Position numbers and translations under genes: made by a program. Under the pieces are notes generated by a model. The model saw only the letters and a list, made by a program, of their open reading frames with translations. It did not search any database and had not been told where the DNA came from. Positions 40,301-53,080 of a stretch of DNA of 64,000 nucleotides are shown piece after piece. The first letter of the stretch is position 1; every line of letters starts with the position of its first letter. Where the stretch lies: assembly GCA_951406725.2 (NCBI GenBank), contig OX597819.1, forward strand, positions 86,986,001-87,050,000. The letters run 5' to 3'. Source of the DNA: Octopus vulgaris (Eukaryota).

Positions 40301-40924
40301 TTTCTCCGGTAATTTTTCCATATAAACAAATGTTTATGTTAATTTAAAGGAGAAAAACAGTTAGTTTTAAATCTGCGAGCGAGACGTTGGCAAATGAACT
40401 TTAATTTAAAAGATTTATCGAAAAAATCTTATTTAACTGTTATTTTTAGCACACTTCACAACCACCTCAATGCTCAATGACAAAAAGAACTGAGTAAACA
40501 AGACTATTGTCAACACGTGCTTCCTCGCAGACTTCAAAAGCTGTTTACTATGGCAACAGACAAAAGAATGCTCATGTTACTACCGAAACAGACATGCGTG
40601 TGTCTGTGGCTTACGATTGGCTAAAATTATCAAAATTTTCAAACTTTAATTACTAATAACGCTTTGTTTATTGATTTATAATGAAAATTACTTTCACGTC
40701 ATTGATTAGCCTATAAAAGTGTATCATTACACTGAATATGAAATCCATTCGAGCAGAAAATTGACATTGGCAGCTGCTGGCAAACAAACACAAAAGATCT
40801 CGAAGAGGTATCTTTAGTGTAATCGTTATTTTAAAAGAGCATCGCATGTGTACTTTTATTTTAGTCCTCTTGGTGCACGGCTGTGTGATACTAAATGTGT
40901 GCAGACAGCTTCTAGCTTCCTCAG

Positions 40925-40938
40925 CAGTAGCAGCAGCC

Positions 40939-40997
<59 letters not shown>

Positions 40998-41110
40998 GGT
41001 GGTGGTGGTGGTGGTGGTGGTCGTCGTCGTCGTCGTCGACGTAGTAGTAGTAGTAGCAGCAGCTGTTGTTGCTGTTGTTGCTGTTGTTGTTCTTGTTGTT
41101 GTTGATGTCG
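40925..41110. repeat. Compound trinucleotide microsatellite
   Basis: (GTA)n(GTG)n(GTC)n(GTT)n read directly. Confidence 0.95.
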
Positions 41111-41298
41111 TTGCAACAAATTTTCGTCCATGATAACTTTAAAATTTATTGGTTCACCAATGATAACCCCACCATAGGCAATTTACTTTTCTAAATTAAA
41201 GATGTCCGAGTTTTCAGGAGTATAGATGTAGTATTACACCAATTATAAGTTCTCCAAACTGGTATGGGTCAGGTTTTTACAATAAAATGTCTCACTCA

Positions 41299-41349
<51 letters not shown>

Positions 41350-41378
41350 TCTCCCTCTCTCTCTCCCTCTCTCTCTCA

Positions 41379-41426
<48 letters not shown>

Positions 41427-41459
41427 GTGTGTGCGCGCATAAGTAAATGTATATATGCA

Positions 41460-41775
41460 TGTAAAAGACCCTCTTCTGTCATCACTGAGCATGGGATTAC
41501 ACTTAGAAAGTTACCCTCCTAAGCACGAGTCCGGACAAGATTGTTTATACAAGACCAACTGTCGCCCATGCGTATCAGCCTCCCCTCTCCACGCCACCGA
41601 TGCTACCCAAAGGAAAGGCAAAGGCCGATACAGATTGACACCAGTGACGCCGCAACTCATTTCTACAGCTAAGTGAACTAGAGCTGCTTGAAATAAAGTA
41701 TCTTGTTCAAAAACACAATACTCAGTCCGGTCCGGGAATCAAACTCACTACCTCATGACTGTGTGTCCGACGATC
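41460..41775 (-). mobile_element. tRNA-derived SINE with CORE-like domain and a distinct tail
   Basis: Reverse: B box gagtttgattcccgg and 'gttcacttagctgtagaaatgagttgc'; the tail ends 'gaagagggtcttttac'. Confidence 0.65.
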
Positions 41776-41796
41776 TATATATATATATGTGTGTGT

Positions 41797-43190
41797 GTGT
41801 TGCCGATGTGCGTGTGTATGAGCGTGTGTTAGTGGACATGCGCGGAAAGGTGTTGCTATAGCAACCAGCTAGCCTCCTGTAACTCTCTTCCGTTGTTGAT
41901 ATTTGGTTTTCTTTGGTGTATGAGGATGGCCTCAGAGATTCTAAGGTTACCCCCTGTTCCGCTGTTTTGCCCTGATGTGCACTGCGAATTCCTGAGTATG
42001 GCATTTCCGTAGATGTTTCTTCACGGAAGTGTCTGCTTTCATGTGTTCCTTTATGCGTATATGCAGTTTTCTTGCTGTGATTTACAAACAGACTTCCGGC
42101 CTACCTATGGGATCTAGCCTTTCAGGCCTGCTGGCCATCACGTACATGGATAAGCTAGAACGCACAGCACTCAACAACTGCTGCTCATGCATCTTCTTCT
42201 CCAGGTACGTTGATGACATCCTTATCATCACGTCCTCCGGGGATGAGGCCATTAACATACACCGGACCTTCAATAACATCAACATAAACATCAAATTCGA
42301 CAATGAACATCCAGACGAATCTGAAACCCTCCATCAACTCGACATCCAACTCAGGATCACAGAGGAAGGCTCCATATTTACCAACTTCTACAGAAAAGTC
42401 GCTAGCAGAAAACTTTTCATCCACTACTAATCAGCCTTGCCCGCCAGAACCAAAGCTGAATACGCGAGGAATGAGATTGCACGTATAAACAACAATTGCA
42501 GCAAAGTGATCGACAAAGCCGTCAACACCAAACAGTCCCTTAGAGACCTAACCCTGAATGGCTACCCACCATCTTTAGCCAAACAACGGCGCCTAAAAAC
42601 CATCAGGGTCAATAAACCTCGGAAGAACCATCATATACCCAAGTCCGACACGTGCTTCGTAAAGCTACCACATTTTTACGACAGAACTACTGCAGCGATA
42701 CAACACGCAGTCCGCAGGGAAGGACTCGACATACAAATAGTGCACACCGGCCCTTCCCCGACAAAAGCTCTGTCCAAGAACAACATCTCTCACTACTCCG
42801 AGGAGTGCACATTATCGAACTGCCCCATCAATGACCCTGAATTGTGCCAGAGAACCTATGTTGTATATGAGATCATCTGTGGCAAATGTGGCGCATCCTA
42901 CATAGGAAGCACAACAAGAAAACTGCATAAACGCATAAAGGAACACATGCAAGTAGACACTTCCGTGAAGAAACATCTACGGAAATGGCCTACCTGGGAA
43001 TTCACAGTGCACATCAGGGCAACACAGCAGAACAGGGGCAACCTTAGAATCTCTAAGGCCATCCTCATACTCCAAAGAAAACTCCAACAACGCTCACACA
43101 CACATACATACATTGGCAACATTCGTTAGTTTCTTGAAAATGGGGTCAATAACCTCTAAATATTGAATGCTAGGTAAGTCTACATTAATT
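41797..43190 (+). mobile_element. Penelope-like element (RT + GIY-YIG), 5'-truncated, preceded by an inverted copy of its 3' end
   Basis: 42080-43129: 'YKQTSGLPMGSSLSG', 'RYVDDIL', one in-frame stop at 42428, 'VVYEIICGKCGASYIGSTTRKLHKRIKEH'. The segment 41797-42079 is the reverse complement of the ORF end. Confidence 0.93.
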
Positions 43191-43273
43191 CATATATTTG
43201 TTTTCTTGAGATTTGCCTTGCATTTACTTCGCCTTGTTCTGGCCTTACCCACGATCCTTTATACATTTGTATG

Positions 43274-43308
<35 letters not shown>

Positions 43309-43405
43309 CTTTTTCAATTCCTGAGCGTTATACTAATACATCTGTTTGTTTTTCACACCACCTGTCTTCGTCTTTTGTTTTTTTCGTGAATTATCCCCCT
43401 ATATG

Positions 43406-43436
<31 letters not shown>

Positions 43437-43499
43437 GTTTGTATGTATGTATGTATGTATGCGTACATACACACAACCCCCCACACACACACACACACG

Positions 43500-43538
<39 letters not shown>

Positions 43539-44286
43539 GTAATCTATAAATTTATGCACGGTTCAGGACTAGGATTGTTGCTTCAACTGAGAAATTGTTA
43601 TATAAATGATGTTATTTAACAATTGCGTAAATGGTCATTTAAATACCTGCCATATTTTTTATGATTCTCACGGCCCAGTTATAGTTTTGCAATGCATAAT
43701 AAAAATCATAGTCACAATTATTCAATTTAAAGGGAGTGCCTATTTTAATTTTAATTCCATTAATGCGTGTCAGACAAGACGTTGCCTTTCTCGCTGACCT
43801 TGACGCCATGTTACGTGCAGGATGCCTTTATCATATTACAAAGCCATCTTTACATTTGCATATATTTCAAGTAGTTGGTTTCTGCTTCTTTTGGTCATAT
43901 TTTAGCAAAATATTTAGTTGCCTGTTATTTTCTAAGAGACAAAGTGATAACAGAAATTGCCTCAACTGCTAAAGAGCATACATATACATGCACACAAATA
44001 GCTATATGTATATGTATGTTCGTATTTAAGGACAAAGCTTTTTCCTAATTCATCTAGACTCATAGCGCCTGTTTTCTGGATTCTCTGGCGTATATACTCT
44101 TCACTAGACAGGATGCAGGTCGGTTGCAGGAATACTCTTACTTGTTAGCTGAGTGGGCTGGAGCAACGCGAAATGAATTGTTTTGGTTAAGGGCACTCTA
44201 CATCGCCCGGGCAGCAATTGCAAATGTTATCTTACTATCTTACTATCATGAGTCTAACAAACCAACTAGTAATCCACGCACCTCAA

Positions 44287-44339
<53 letters not shown>

Positions 44340-44341
<2 letters not shown>

Positions 44342-45338
44342 TTTTGAGACCTACTGCAGAGCTTTTGATGTCAAGCTCCGTCAGCATGGCCTGAAGTTGA
44401 TCCGTGGTTTCAGCGATGAGTACGATGTCGTCAGCGAAACGGAGGTGGGTGAGGAGCTCACCATTGATGTTCACACCGCCTTGCCAGTCGATGCCTCTGA
44501 TGATCTGTTCGTGACATGCGGTGAATAGTTTTAGGGAGATCGTATCTCCTTGCTTCACTCCCTTCTCGACCGGCACTCGTACGGGTGATGACAGTAGAGC
44601 TATGTCGGTGGTGCATCCGGAATTTGCCTCCCTAAGCAGTTGCACATATTGTGCCTCGATTCCTTGCATCTGCAGCGAGTTCATGCGTACCAACAGGTCG
44701 AATGGTGATTGGCAGTGATGAAATAGAGGAGGTAAAGGAATATGTCTACCTGGGACAGGAAGTGAATATGTGCCGAGATATCGAAAAGGAGAGCTCATGG
44801 AGAGTAAGGGCCGGATGAAAGGCGTTTAATGGCATAAGGGATGTGCTCAAGGGAAGGTTGGACAGGACCACCCGCGCCAACCTCATCAACAGTACAGTTC
44901 TACCTGCAATGTTATATGGTAGTGAAACATGGGCTACCACAAAGAGAGAAGAGCAGAGACTGGTAACGGCTCAAAGAGCCATGGAAAGGTCAATGCTTGG
45001 TATCTTGTTGAGAGAGCACATCAGTAGCGAGATCATCAGAAAGAAGTCCGGCGTGAGGGATGTCATCGCAGAATATACACGCAGCAAGTTTAGATGGGCT
45101 GGACATGTCGCCCGGCTTACCGATAATCGGTGGACCCGCGCAGTTGTCGAGTGGTATCCGCGCGAGCGTAAACGACCACCCGGAAGGCCACCACGACGGT
45201 TGAGTTACGATTTCAGGAGGACGATTGGGATCACGTGGATAAGAAAGGCGCGATCCAGAGAGGAGTGGACAGCGTGCTGTGACCAGCGGTGTCAAATGGA
45301 CGGCTGACGGATTGGTCGGTCAAGGTGATCAAGGTGAT
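44340..45338 (+). mobile_element. RTE LINE, 5'-truncated with 5' inversion, inserted in (TA)n
   Basis: Minus 44340-44680: 'KGVKQGDTIS..LF...LRFADDIVL...GLKM'. Plus 44680-45307: 'IEEVKEYVYLGQ', 'MLYGSETW', 'RWAGHVAR'. Tail (CAAGGTGAT)x2. Confidence 0.93.
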
Positions 45339-45950
45339 ATATATATATATATATATATATATACATTACCACAAACACACACAGATACACACACACAAAC
45401 ACAGACCACAAAGACAGATATATTTCTTTACTGCCCAGAAGGGGCTAAACATAGAGGGGACAAACATGGACAGACAAAAGGATTGAGTCGATTATAACGC
45501 CCCCAGTGCAAAACTGGTACTTTATTTATCGACATGGAGAGATGGCTTATCTGGAAAAGCAGCTTAGACCCTACTACATGTCTAAACACAAGGACAGAAC
45601 TTTTCGGATCATGTCCACATGTGACTAAATTTCTGTTACATTTTTGGTCCCCTAAAGAAAACAGATAGAACATGCTTTCTATGTTATGCCCCAAGAAGAT
45701 TTTATATATTTTTTATATATTTTTTATATATTTTTTATGTATTTTTATATAATTTTTATGGCGAAAAATGCGAGCGATGTATAAGTACGCAGGCAAGCAG
45801 AGTTATAACACAGTAATTTCCCTTTGTATAACGGTATTTTTTCATAGCGTTTTCAAATAGCCAGATAACCGAAGAGATGTCGTGCATTCCCACTTCGGCA
45901 TCTGAAACTCAGAATTTTATCTTGACTATTGAGTAATGTAACATATTATA

Positions 45951-46007
<57 letters not shown>

Positions 46008-46090
46008 TTACCGCAAACACACTCTTACACAGATACGTACAGACACACACACACACACAGATACACACACAAACACAGGCAAACAAACAC

Positions 46091-46165
<75 letters not shown>

Positions 46166-46621
46166 TATAAATGCATAATTCTTAGGAACAAGTAACAAGT
46201 CAAAGGTCACAGACAAAATACCAGAAGTAAAAAAATTCCAGAAAAATTATTCACAGGAAAACTTCAATAAGCGATTTAACTGTGTTGTTGCATTGCTTTA
46301 GATGAGATATTAAATATAGTCTGAATTTATATTCCCCAAAGGCTAATGTCACTCTGTTATATTGTTGTCATTGTATACTTGTATACAAGTCATCTATTAA
46401 TTGTTAATTAACAACCGGAGATAGTTTGTTTAATTACTTTAACTATCACTTATGTTATATAAAATAAATTTGACATATTTTGCCGGTGACCTTTATGTCC
46501 ATTCCCCGTGGGTATATATGTATGTGTATACACATAATACATACATGTGTATGAGTGTATGTGTGCGTGTATGACTGTGTGTGCATGTACGATGCATATG
46601 TGGTTGCTTGAGTGTGTATAA

Positions 46622-46667
<46 letters not shown>

Positions 46668-48062
46668 TGTTAGCTAAATCCTCCTACATCGTTTTATCGA
46701 TTTTGATGAAATTTGACACGTGAATAGAACTCGTGTCTCGGGACTTCATGGCATACTCAGATTGTTGAAAAAATATTGATAATAGGGCCCTGGAAGGGAT
46801 CCTTATATATAGCAAAGGGAAATAACTTGTTCATTTCCCTAAATTATTTGGTAGAAATGAAATTGAGTATGCTTATTTCTCAGTATTTGAACTGTTAGAG
46901 TTATTTTCGCAATTAAACAAGTTAATAGTATTTTTCTAAACAATAGATCCATTTCTTTCGGTTAGTAACTTATTCACGAATATACCATCACTAGCGCCCC
47001 TTTTCAGAGTTATTTACTTTGAATTGTTATTATCTCATATCTAATTAGCCTGTTATTACGTAACATGCTTCACGACTTTAGTATACATACCTTATTATTA
47101 TTTCCTCCTATGTTCTATATACTCTGGAACGCGTAAAGCCCTTTCTGGGGCTACTTCATTTGAATTCTTACTATCAGGTAACTAATTTCATGTTATTACA
47201 TGACTAATTTCACAGTTTGGGTATTCATAACTTGTTGGGAATTCCTAAAAATAAGATCCTAAGTTCGGTAGTCTCTGTAAATGCTCAAAAACCGTTTTAA
47301 GGGCTACATACTTTGTATTGTTTTTATTGGATTAGCGAAACAGTTATGAGGACAGAAACAAGGGATAAGCCCCGCTTATAGTAAACATGGTCCATGTTTA
47401 CTATTTAGATAATATGTTAATTAAATAATAGTTTAAAAGAAGCAGGAAGGAGGTGTGTGAGTACTTTGCTGGACTTTGCAATGTCAAACCATAATTAAGA
47501 CGTTGTAGGATAATGGAGCCATCTGTGACTTGTATATTTTCTTTTACGTTACCATCAAGTTATTTTTATTTTATTTTATCGTGTAAATTTTTAAAAGTTA
47601 TCATTCGTATCATTTGTAAATTTTGCAGTTCGTAATTAGTACTATAGCTTTTATTCGAAAATCTTTATTCGCCATTGCCTCCATTTTTATTCGTATATAT
47701 TTTTCTTGCCATTCTTTTCATTTTATATCATTTTATACTATCATAAGTATATATTTTATTTTTAACCCTATATTTTATTTTTAACCCTATATATTACTAA
47801 TTTTATATTTACAGTTATGAGTTACGTAAGAACATAGTTTTTATAAATTTTTATTTTTCTTATTTTTTTCTTATTTTTTTCTTATTTTTTTCGCATTTTT
47901 ATTTCTTATTTTATGTTTGTAATTTTGATTTTTCATATTTTTTATTTGAATTAAATCATGGCTTGTACTGTAGGGTCCAGCTAACCTATTTTACATATGC
48001 TTATGGGTTTTAAAAAATTAATATGTAGTTTATAGTATTGAACTATGAGAAAGTGATAAAGG

Positions 48063-48157
48063 GGCCTGATGATTGGGGTTATATTTTAAGAATGGTTCCA
48101 GCAAAACACGGAGTGGTTTAGGAGCCAGGAAATGTACCTCATGAAACACGTGTAGCC
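48063..48157 (+). ncRNA. Hammerhead-like motif with extended stem II and palindromic stem III
   Basis: GGC-CTGATGA-[~70 nt hairpin]-GAAACACGTGTA-GCC. Confidence 0.6.
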
Positions 48158-49811
48158 AAGTTATAAAGTAGTAGGTATTTAAAATAAAAATTCTTTTTTA
48201 TATGGTGAGATGAAGGGGCCTACTATCTCTAAATGAAATTATATATTTCTTCATTGAGAATAATTTGAACCCCTGTTATGCCGGAATTTTTATTCCCTAA
48301 CAAATAAAATTATATATATGTAAGGTAAAAATCACAACAAACGGAAACCGTCAAAACATAGCAAGCGGGAAAAGGACGATACCACAACAATGGCAAACAA
48401 GACAAAACAAGGTATATGGATCATTCGCAGCCAATTGCTTCTCCAGTCGGAGTCTGGAATGTCCAGACACGCAAACACACACACACATGCATACACACAG
48501 ATACACACACACACACATTCCTGCGTCAGCGTGTCTTTGCACGGATGTGTTTGTCTACCACCACCGTTTGATTACCGGTGTGGGTTTGTTTACGTCTAGC
48601 GTTTCGGTATAATAAATACTGATGTTGGTCAGCTCGATTAAACCCATCAATGCGGTGCTCCAGCATGGCTGCAGTCCAATGACTGAACCAAGTAAATGAT
48701 AAAAGATCAAAGATATATATATATATATATATGCATGCATACATACACACGCACTCATATATACATACATTCACACACACGAATATACGCACGCATAACA
48801 CACACACGCACGTACTCATGAGTGTTCCTCTGCTTGTGTGTTTGTGAGTGCGTGCGTATGTGCAATATGAATATAGTAATTGTCTCAATGTCAGTATTTT
48901 TCTTGCAAACGAGACAATAATGTCGTCGCCGTATTTCTTGCTTTACGCAGTAATTACAACTAGAGAAGAGTTATCTTTAACGTAAATCACATCTCGTTTT
49001 GCCATTCAAACGTTTACTCATGTATACTATTTTTTTTTGTTGCTATTTTAAGTTTTATTTTTATTTATCTATTCGCTTTTGTTTTTTTTTTCCATATTTT
49101 AGTCGTTTTTTTTTTTTTTTTTTTTTTAATAGTTTTGCTTTTGTGTCACGAGTTTTGTCAAGCCAATTATGAATGCTGAAGACACGTGATGTCGGACAAC
49201 GACATACAATTAAAAAGTGAAAATACAATTATTTACCTCCCTGTACTCTATCGCTTTTGTAACAAAGGAAAGAAAAAAAAGTAAAACTATGAGGTAGAAG
49301 GCAGAGATTTAATAAGCAAGCATACCAAGGGAATTCGGAAAGAAATACGATCTTTGACGTATACATATATATATATATATATTTATTTATAAACCAAGAT
49401 ATTATTACGGGAAGTAAGAAGCTAAATATGACTAATTTGTTTCCTTTATTTACAACCTCTAGTATATGTTTTGTACGAGGGGTTCTAAATTTTTTTTCTA
49501 TATTTGGTATTCCCTCCCCGCCCCACTAAATTTGGCTACTTGAGCTAATATTATCTATAATATTATTCTGTTTGTTCTGTTTCGCTTTAAACTACCTTAA
49601 ATATAAGCTCAAATCGAAGACACAACTGAAATTTTTTGCATAATGAAATGATGTAAAATTCGAGCGTGACGCTTTGGCTAACTAACGTCAACTGTAGTCG
49701 ATGACTTCACACAAAGACTTAATTCATGAAGCAATGCTTGAAGATTTATAAATCTATGAACCAAAACAGAAATTCAAAAAAATATATATATATAACATGG
49801 AATTTCCATAT

Positions 49812-49854
<43 letters not shown>

Positions 49855-50499
49855 GAGGAGGAGGAGGAGGAGGAGGAGGAGGAGGAGCAGCAGCAGCAGC
49901 AGCAGAGGCAGCAGCAACATGTTGAAGGAAATTGCGTACGAGATTCTAGGTAAATAACATTCTCTGTTTTCTGGTTTGGACCATAGACAAATAAGTATTG
50001 CAGACTACCAACCCTAGAGCAACCAACATAAAGCTGACTATGAGAAAAACAAAGTTCATATACAATTTAAATTCTTAATATGAAGAAACGAAATTATGTT
50101 TTAAAGTAATTAATTCATCATTTCTGCATATGACAGCTGTATATTGGCAGTGATATTTCCATCGGAGGATTTTAACGCAGTACTACAAATCAACAAATCA
50201 TTCATCTGTTTTGCAGAACTGTCACTGCTTACAACAAGGATCAATGCTGTCATGCGTTATCTAATTGTGGTTTAGCATATTTTAAATAAGACTCAGACTT
50301 ATGCACTTTTATATTAAGTTCTCTACATCACATTATCTCTGTTCTTTGTTGTTCTTCGGTTGGTCCTTAATTGAAAGCTCATCATCTCAAATGACAACTC
50401 ATAAAAAAGATTCAAAATGTAATTCTCGAAGAGAAAACATATGCTGTAGTAAAAGACTTCCAAATAACATAGAAGAGTTGGGCAAAGTAAAATTTCAAA

Positions 50500-51122
50500 C
50501 AAATTTATTTTAATATGGGGTAGGACCATCTTTGGCAGTAATTACAGCTTGAAGTCTACGAGGTATGGACTCGTATAAAGTTTGAATTGTTTCCAAAGGA
50601 ATTTTTGTCCATTCTTCAACTAAAACGGTCTCCAGTTCTTGTAGTGATGATGGTGGAGGACATCGACTCCTTACTTGCTTTTCTAAAATGCATCATAAAT
50701 ATTCAATAATATTGAGATCTGGTGACTGCGGTGGCCAGATAAGATGTTCAACTTCACTAGAATGTTCTTCGTGCCATTCAGTAACAACTTTAGCTGTGTG
50801 AATTAATGCATTATCATCCTGAAAGATTGCGTTTCTCTCCAGAAATTGTTCTACCACTATAGGATAAATTTGATACGAGAAAATGCTTAAATATTCTTGA
50901 TTATTAATTCTGCCATGAAGAGAAATCAAGATATAGCCCGCTAGATCATCACAGATCCTCTTTCATGTTTTAACAGTTGGAAATGCTTCTTTTAGCCTTC
51001 TCCTCACGTATACTCGGCCGGTAGTCGGAAATAAGGTAAAGGATGACTCGTCCGAGAAAATAACATTCTTCCACTGCTCTATGGATCAATTCTGTAGGTT
51101 TTCACACCACTCTAAACGCTTT
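50500..51122 (-). mobile_element. Tc1-like transposase fragment with DD36E spacing
   Basis: 'FSDESSFTLFPTTGRVYV', 'FQDDNALIH...WPPQSPDLNIIE' with 36 residues D-E; ends 'DGPTPY*'. Confidence 0.88.
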
Positions 51123-51129
51123 GAGAAAA

Positions 51130-51938
51130 ATATTTAATGGAGATGCTCGTGTGATGTGTAGAGGATTAGTAGTTGTATGGTGTTGAATTATCTGTCCCAG
51201 AAGAAAAAGGTCAGATTTTGATGTAGTCTAAGCTATGCTGAGGATGTTCAGTTATTAAGAGAGTTCCTCGGGGTGAAGATGAGACCTAACAGTTTTATTG
51301 ATGTAATAATTACTTTTATATGTGCAGTGATTGGGTATTCGTACTTTTGAATGAAAATGGCATGACTCCATTGGAGGATATTGAGGAGACTCGTGGAACC
51401 AGTACAGGTTTGGTATGAGGTGTTTCAGTTGCAAATAGATGCTGCTTGGGTCTGAAAGGATAGGGATGAATGAAGACTGATATCTTCTGTGCAGAAGTTG
51501 GTCGATGTTAGCATATGGGAGAAAGAGAGAGAGGGAGAGAGAGAGAGAGAGAGGAGAGAGAGAGGAAAAAACTAACATTGGAACACTGGTGTTGAAAGAC
51601 TGCGGATCAGAGAGAACTCCATCTGCATGGTACGCTCAAGCACGATAAAATTGTTTCTTCCAAGATTGAAAGACCCTAATGAAAGACCTAGGAGAGGATG
51701 TCACCCGTTCATCTGAGTTTACGAAGCCATTCTAGAGGCCGTTAGGAAGTAGTGAGATTCAATGTAATGTAGATTGTTATTGTTAATAGCTATCTCCTTT
51801 AACTTTGAGATGTTAGAAGTAATTGTGATAAGACAATAGTCGACATGATTTGATGTGTTGTTTTTCTCAGGAATAGAGCAGACTTTAGTGTTTTTAAAGA
51901 TCGGAAGACATAGAGAGAGGGAGAGGGAGAGAGAGAGA

Positions 51939-51991
<53 letters not shown>

Positions 51992-53080
51992 ATGCAAAGG
52001 TTGGTACGATAGGGGATAGCTCAGGCTGCATTATTAGAGGTGGAAATCGTTTGGGTCGCTGGCCTTGTTCTGAATCGTAGTTATGAGGAACCACTTGAAT
52101 TTGAAGATATGAGTTTTGGTTGTGAGTACAGTCTGAGGGGAGACACCTAATGACCTGATCTCCATTAACGCTATCTTGTCTATAATTACCCACCAAATCA
52201 TCAGCAGACTTCTCCTCCCCCTCACAGCAACACACACGCGCATACATTCACACACATCCTTATACTACACAACACAGTCAACTTCTTCAATTCTTTGAAC
52301 CTCTGTTCTTCTTCAATGACCATCTGTACGGCTCCGCAAAACTAGAGCTACACACTACACAATGACACCAGTGGCGTTGTGTGGTGTGTAGCTCTAGTTT
52401 TGTGGCGGAATTAATGTTAGGTTTTTGTGTTTAAGAAAATGTAGATTCCAAAGTGGCGTGTATGTGGATGTGTATAGAAGAGTATAGTAGTTACAAGGCA
52501 ACACGAACGGTGCAGAAATTCTGATCGAGTGTGTTTGGAGTAATTGTATGTTGGTCAGGGATACGAATAGGGGATATGACATGTTGATGAAGAGACTTGA
52601 TGATTAACAAAGTTTCGATTTCTGCACTGTTGCATTAGTGTGGGATAAGAATAAGAACCAAGAAGGGAAGAGTGAGACGAATGACATGTCTTGGGCGCAA
52701 GAAGAAACATGGACGAAAGGAAGTTGGTAGTCAAAAGAGTTTGGAGAACAAGAGAGGAATTGGATGTAGAGGAGTGGCGGAGAGTGATAACTGGAAATCT
52801 TTAATGGTGATATCCAGGTGAGAAATGTGACCACAAGAAAGAGATGAGACTACATGCACGAGCTAAATTAACAGAAATTATCTATAGAAAAGTGTTACCC
52901 ATCTGATTCCATTGGAGATTTGTGTTTGTAAAGTGTGATAAGTTGTATCAAGGTTGGATCCGAGGCATCTAATTATAGAGAATATGGGGAATAATCCAGC
53001 GGAATTAGTGTTAGGTTTTTGTGTTTCAGAAAAATGTAGAGAGTGTCGGAGTGCCTTACATTTTATACTCCGCACAAACC
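51130..53080 (-). mobile_element. Fragmented CR1/Jockey-group LINE remnants
   Basis: 'FKNTKVCSIPEKNNTSNHVDY.LITITSNISKLKE..INN' (RT N-terminus), 'ELSPIV', and a degenerate C-terminal 'LFYR' region. Confidence 0.55.

Noticed and set aside
39660-40812. Possible piggyBac-like MITE (ttaacctttcga ... tcgaagaggta)
   Set aside because: The terminal match is short and imperfect, and the right-hand TTAA is absent.
45868-45912. CCGAAGA-GATGTCG...CGGCATC-T-GAAAC hammerhead-like string
   Set aside because: Stem II is good, but there is no stem I, stem III or NUH triplet; too incomplete to call.
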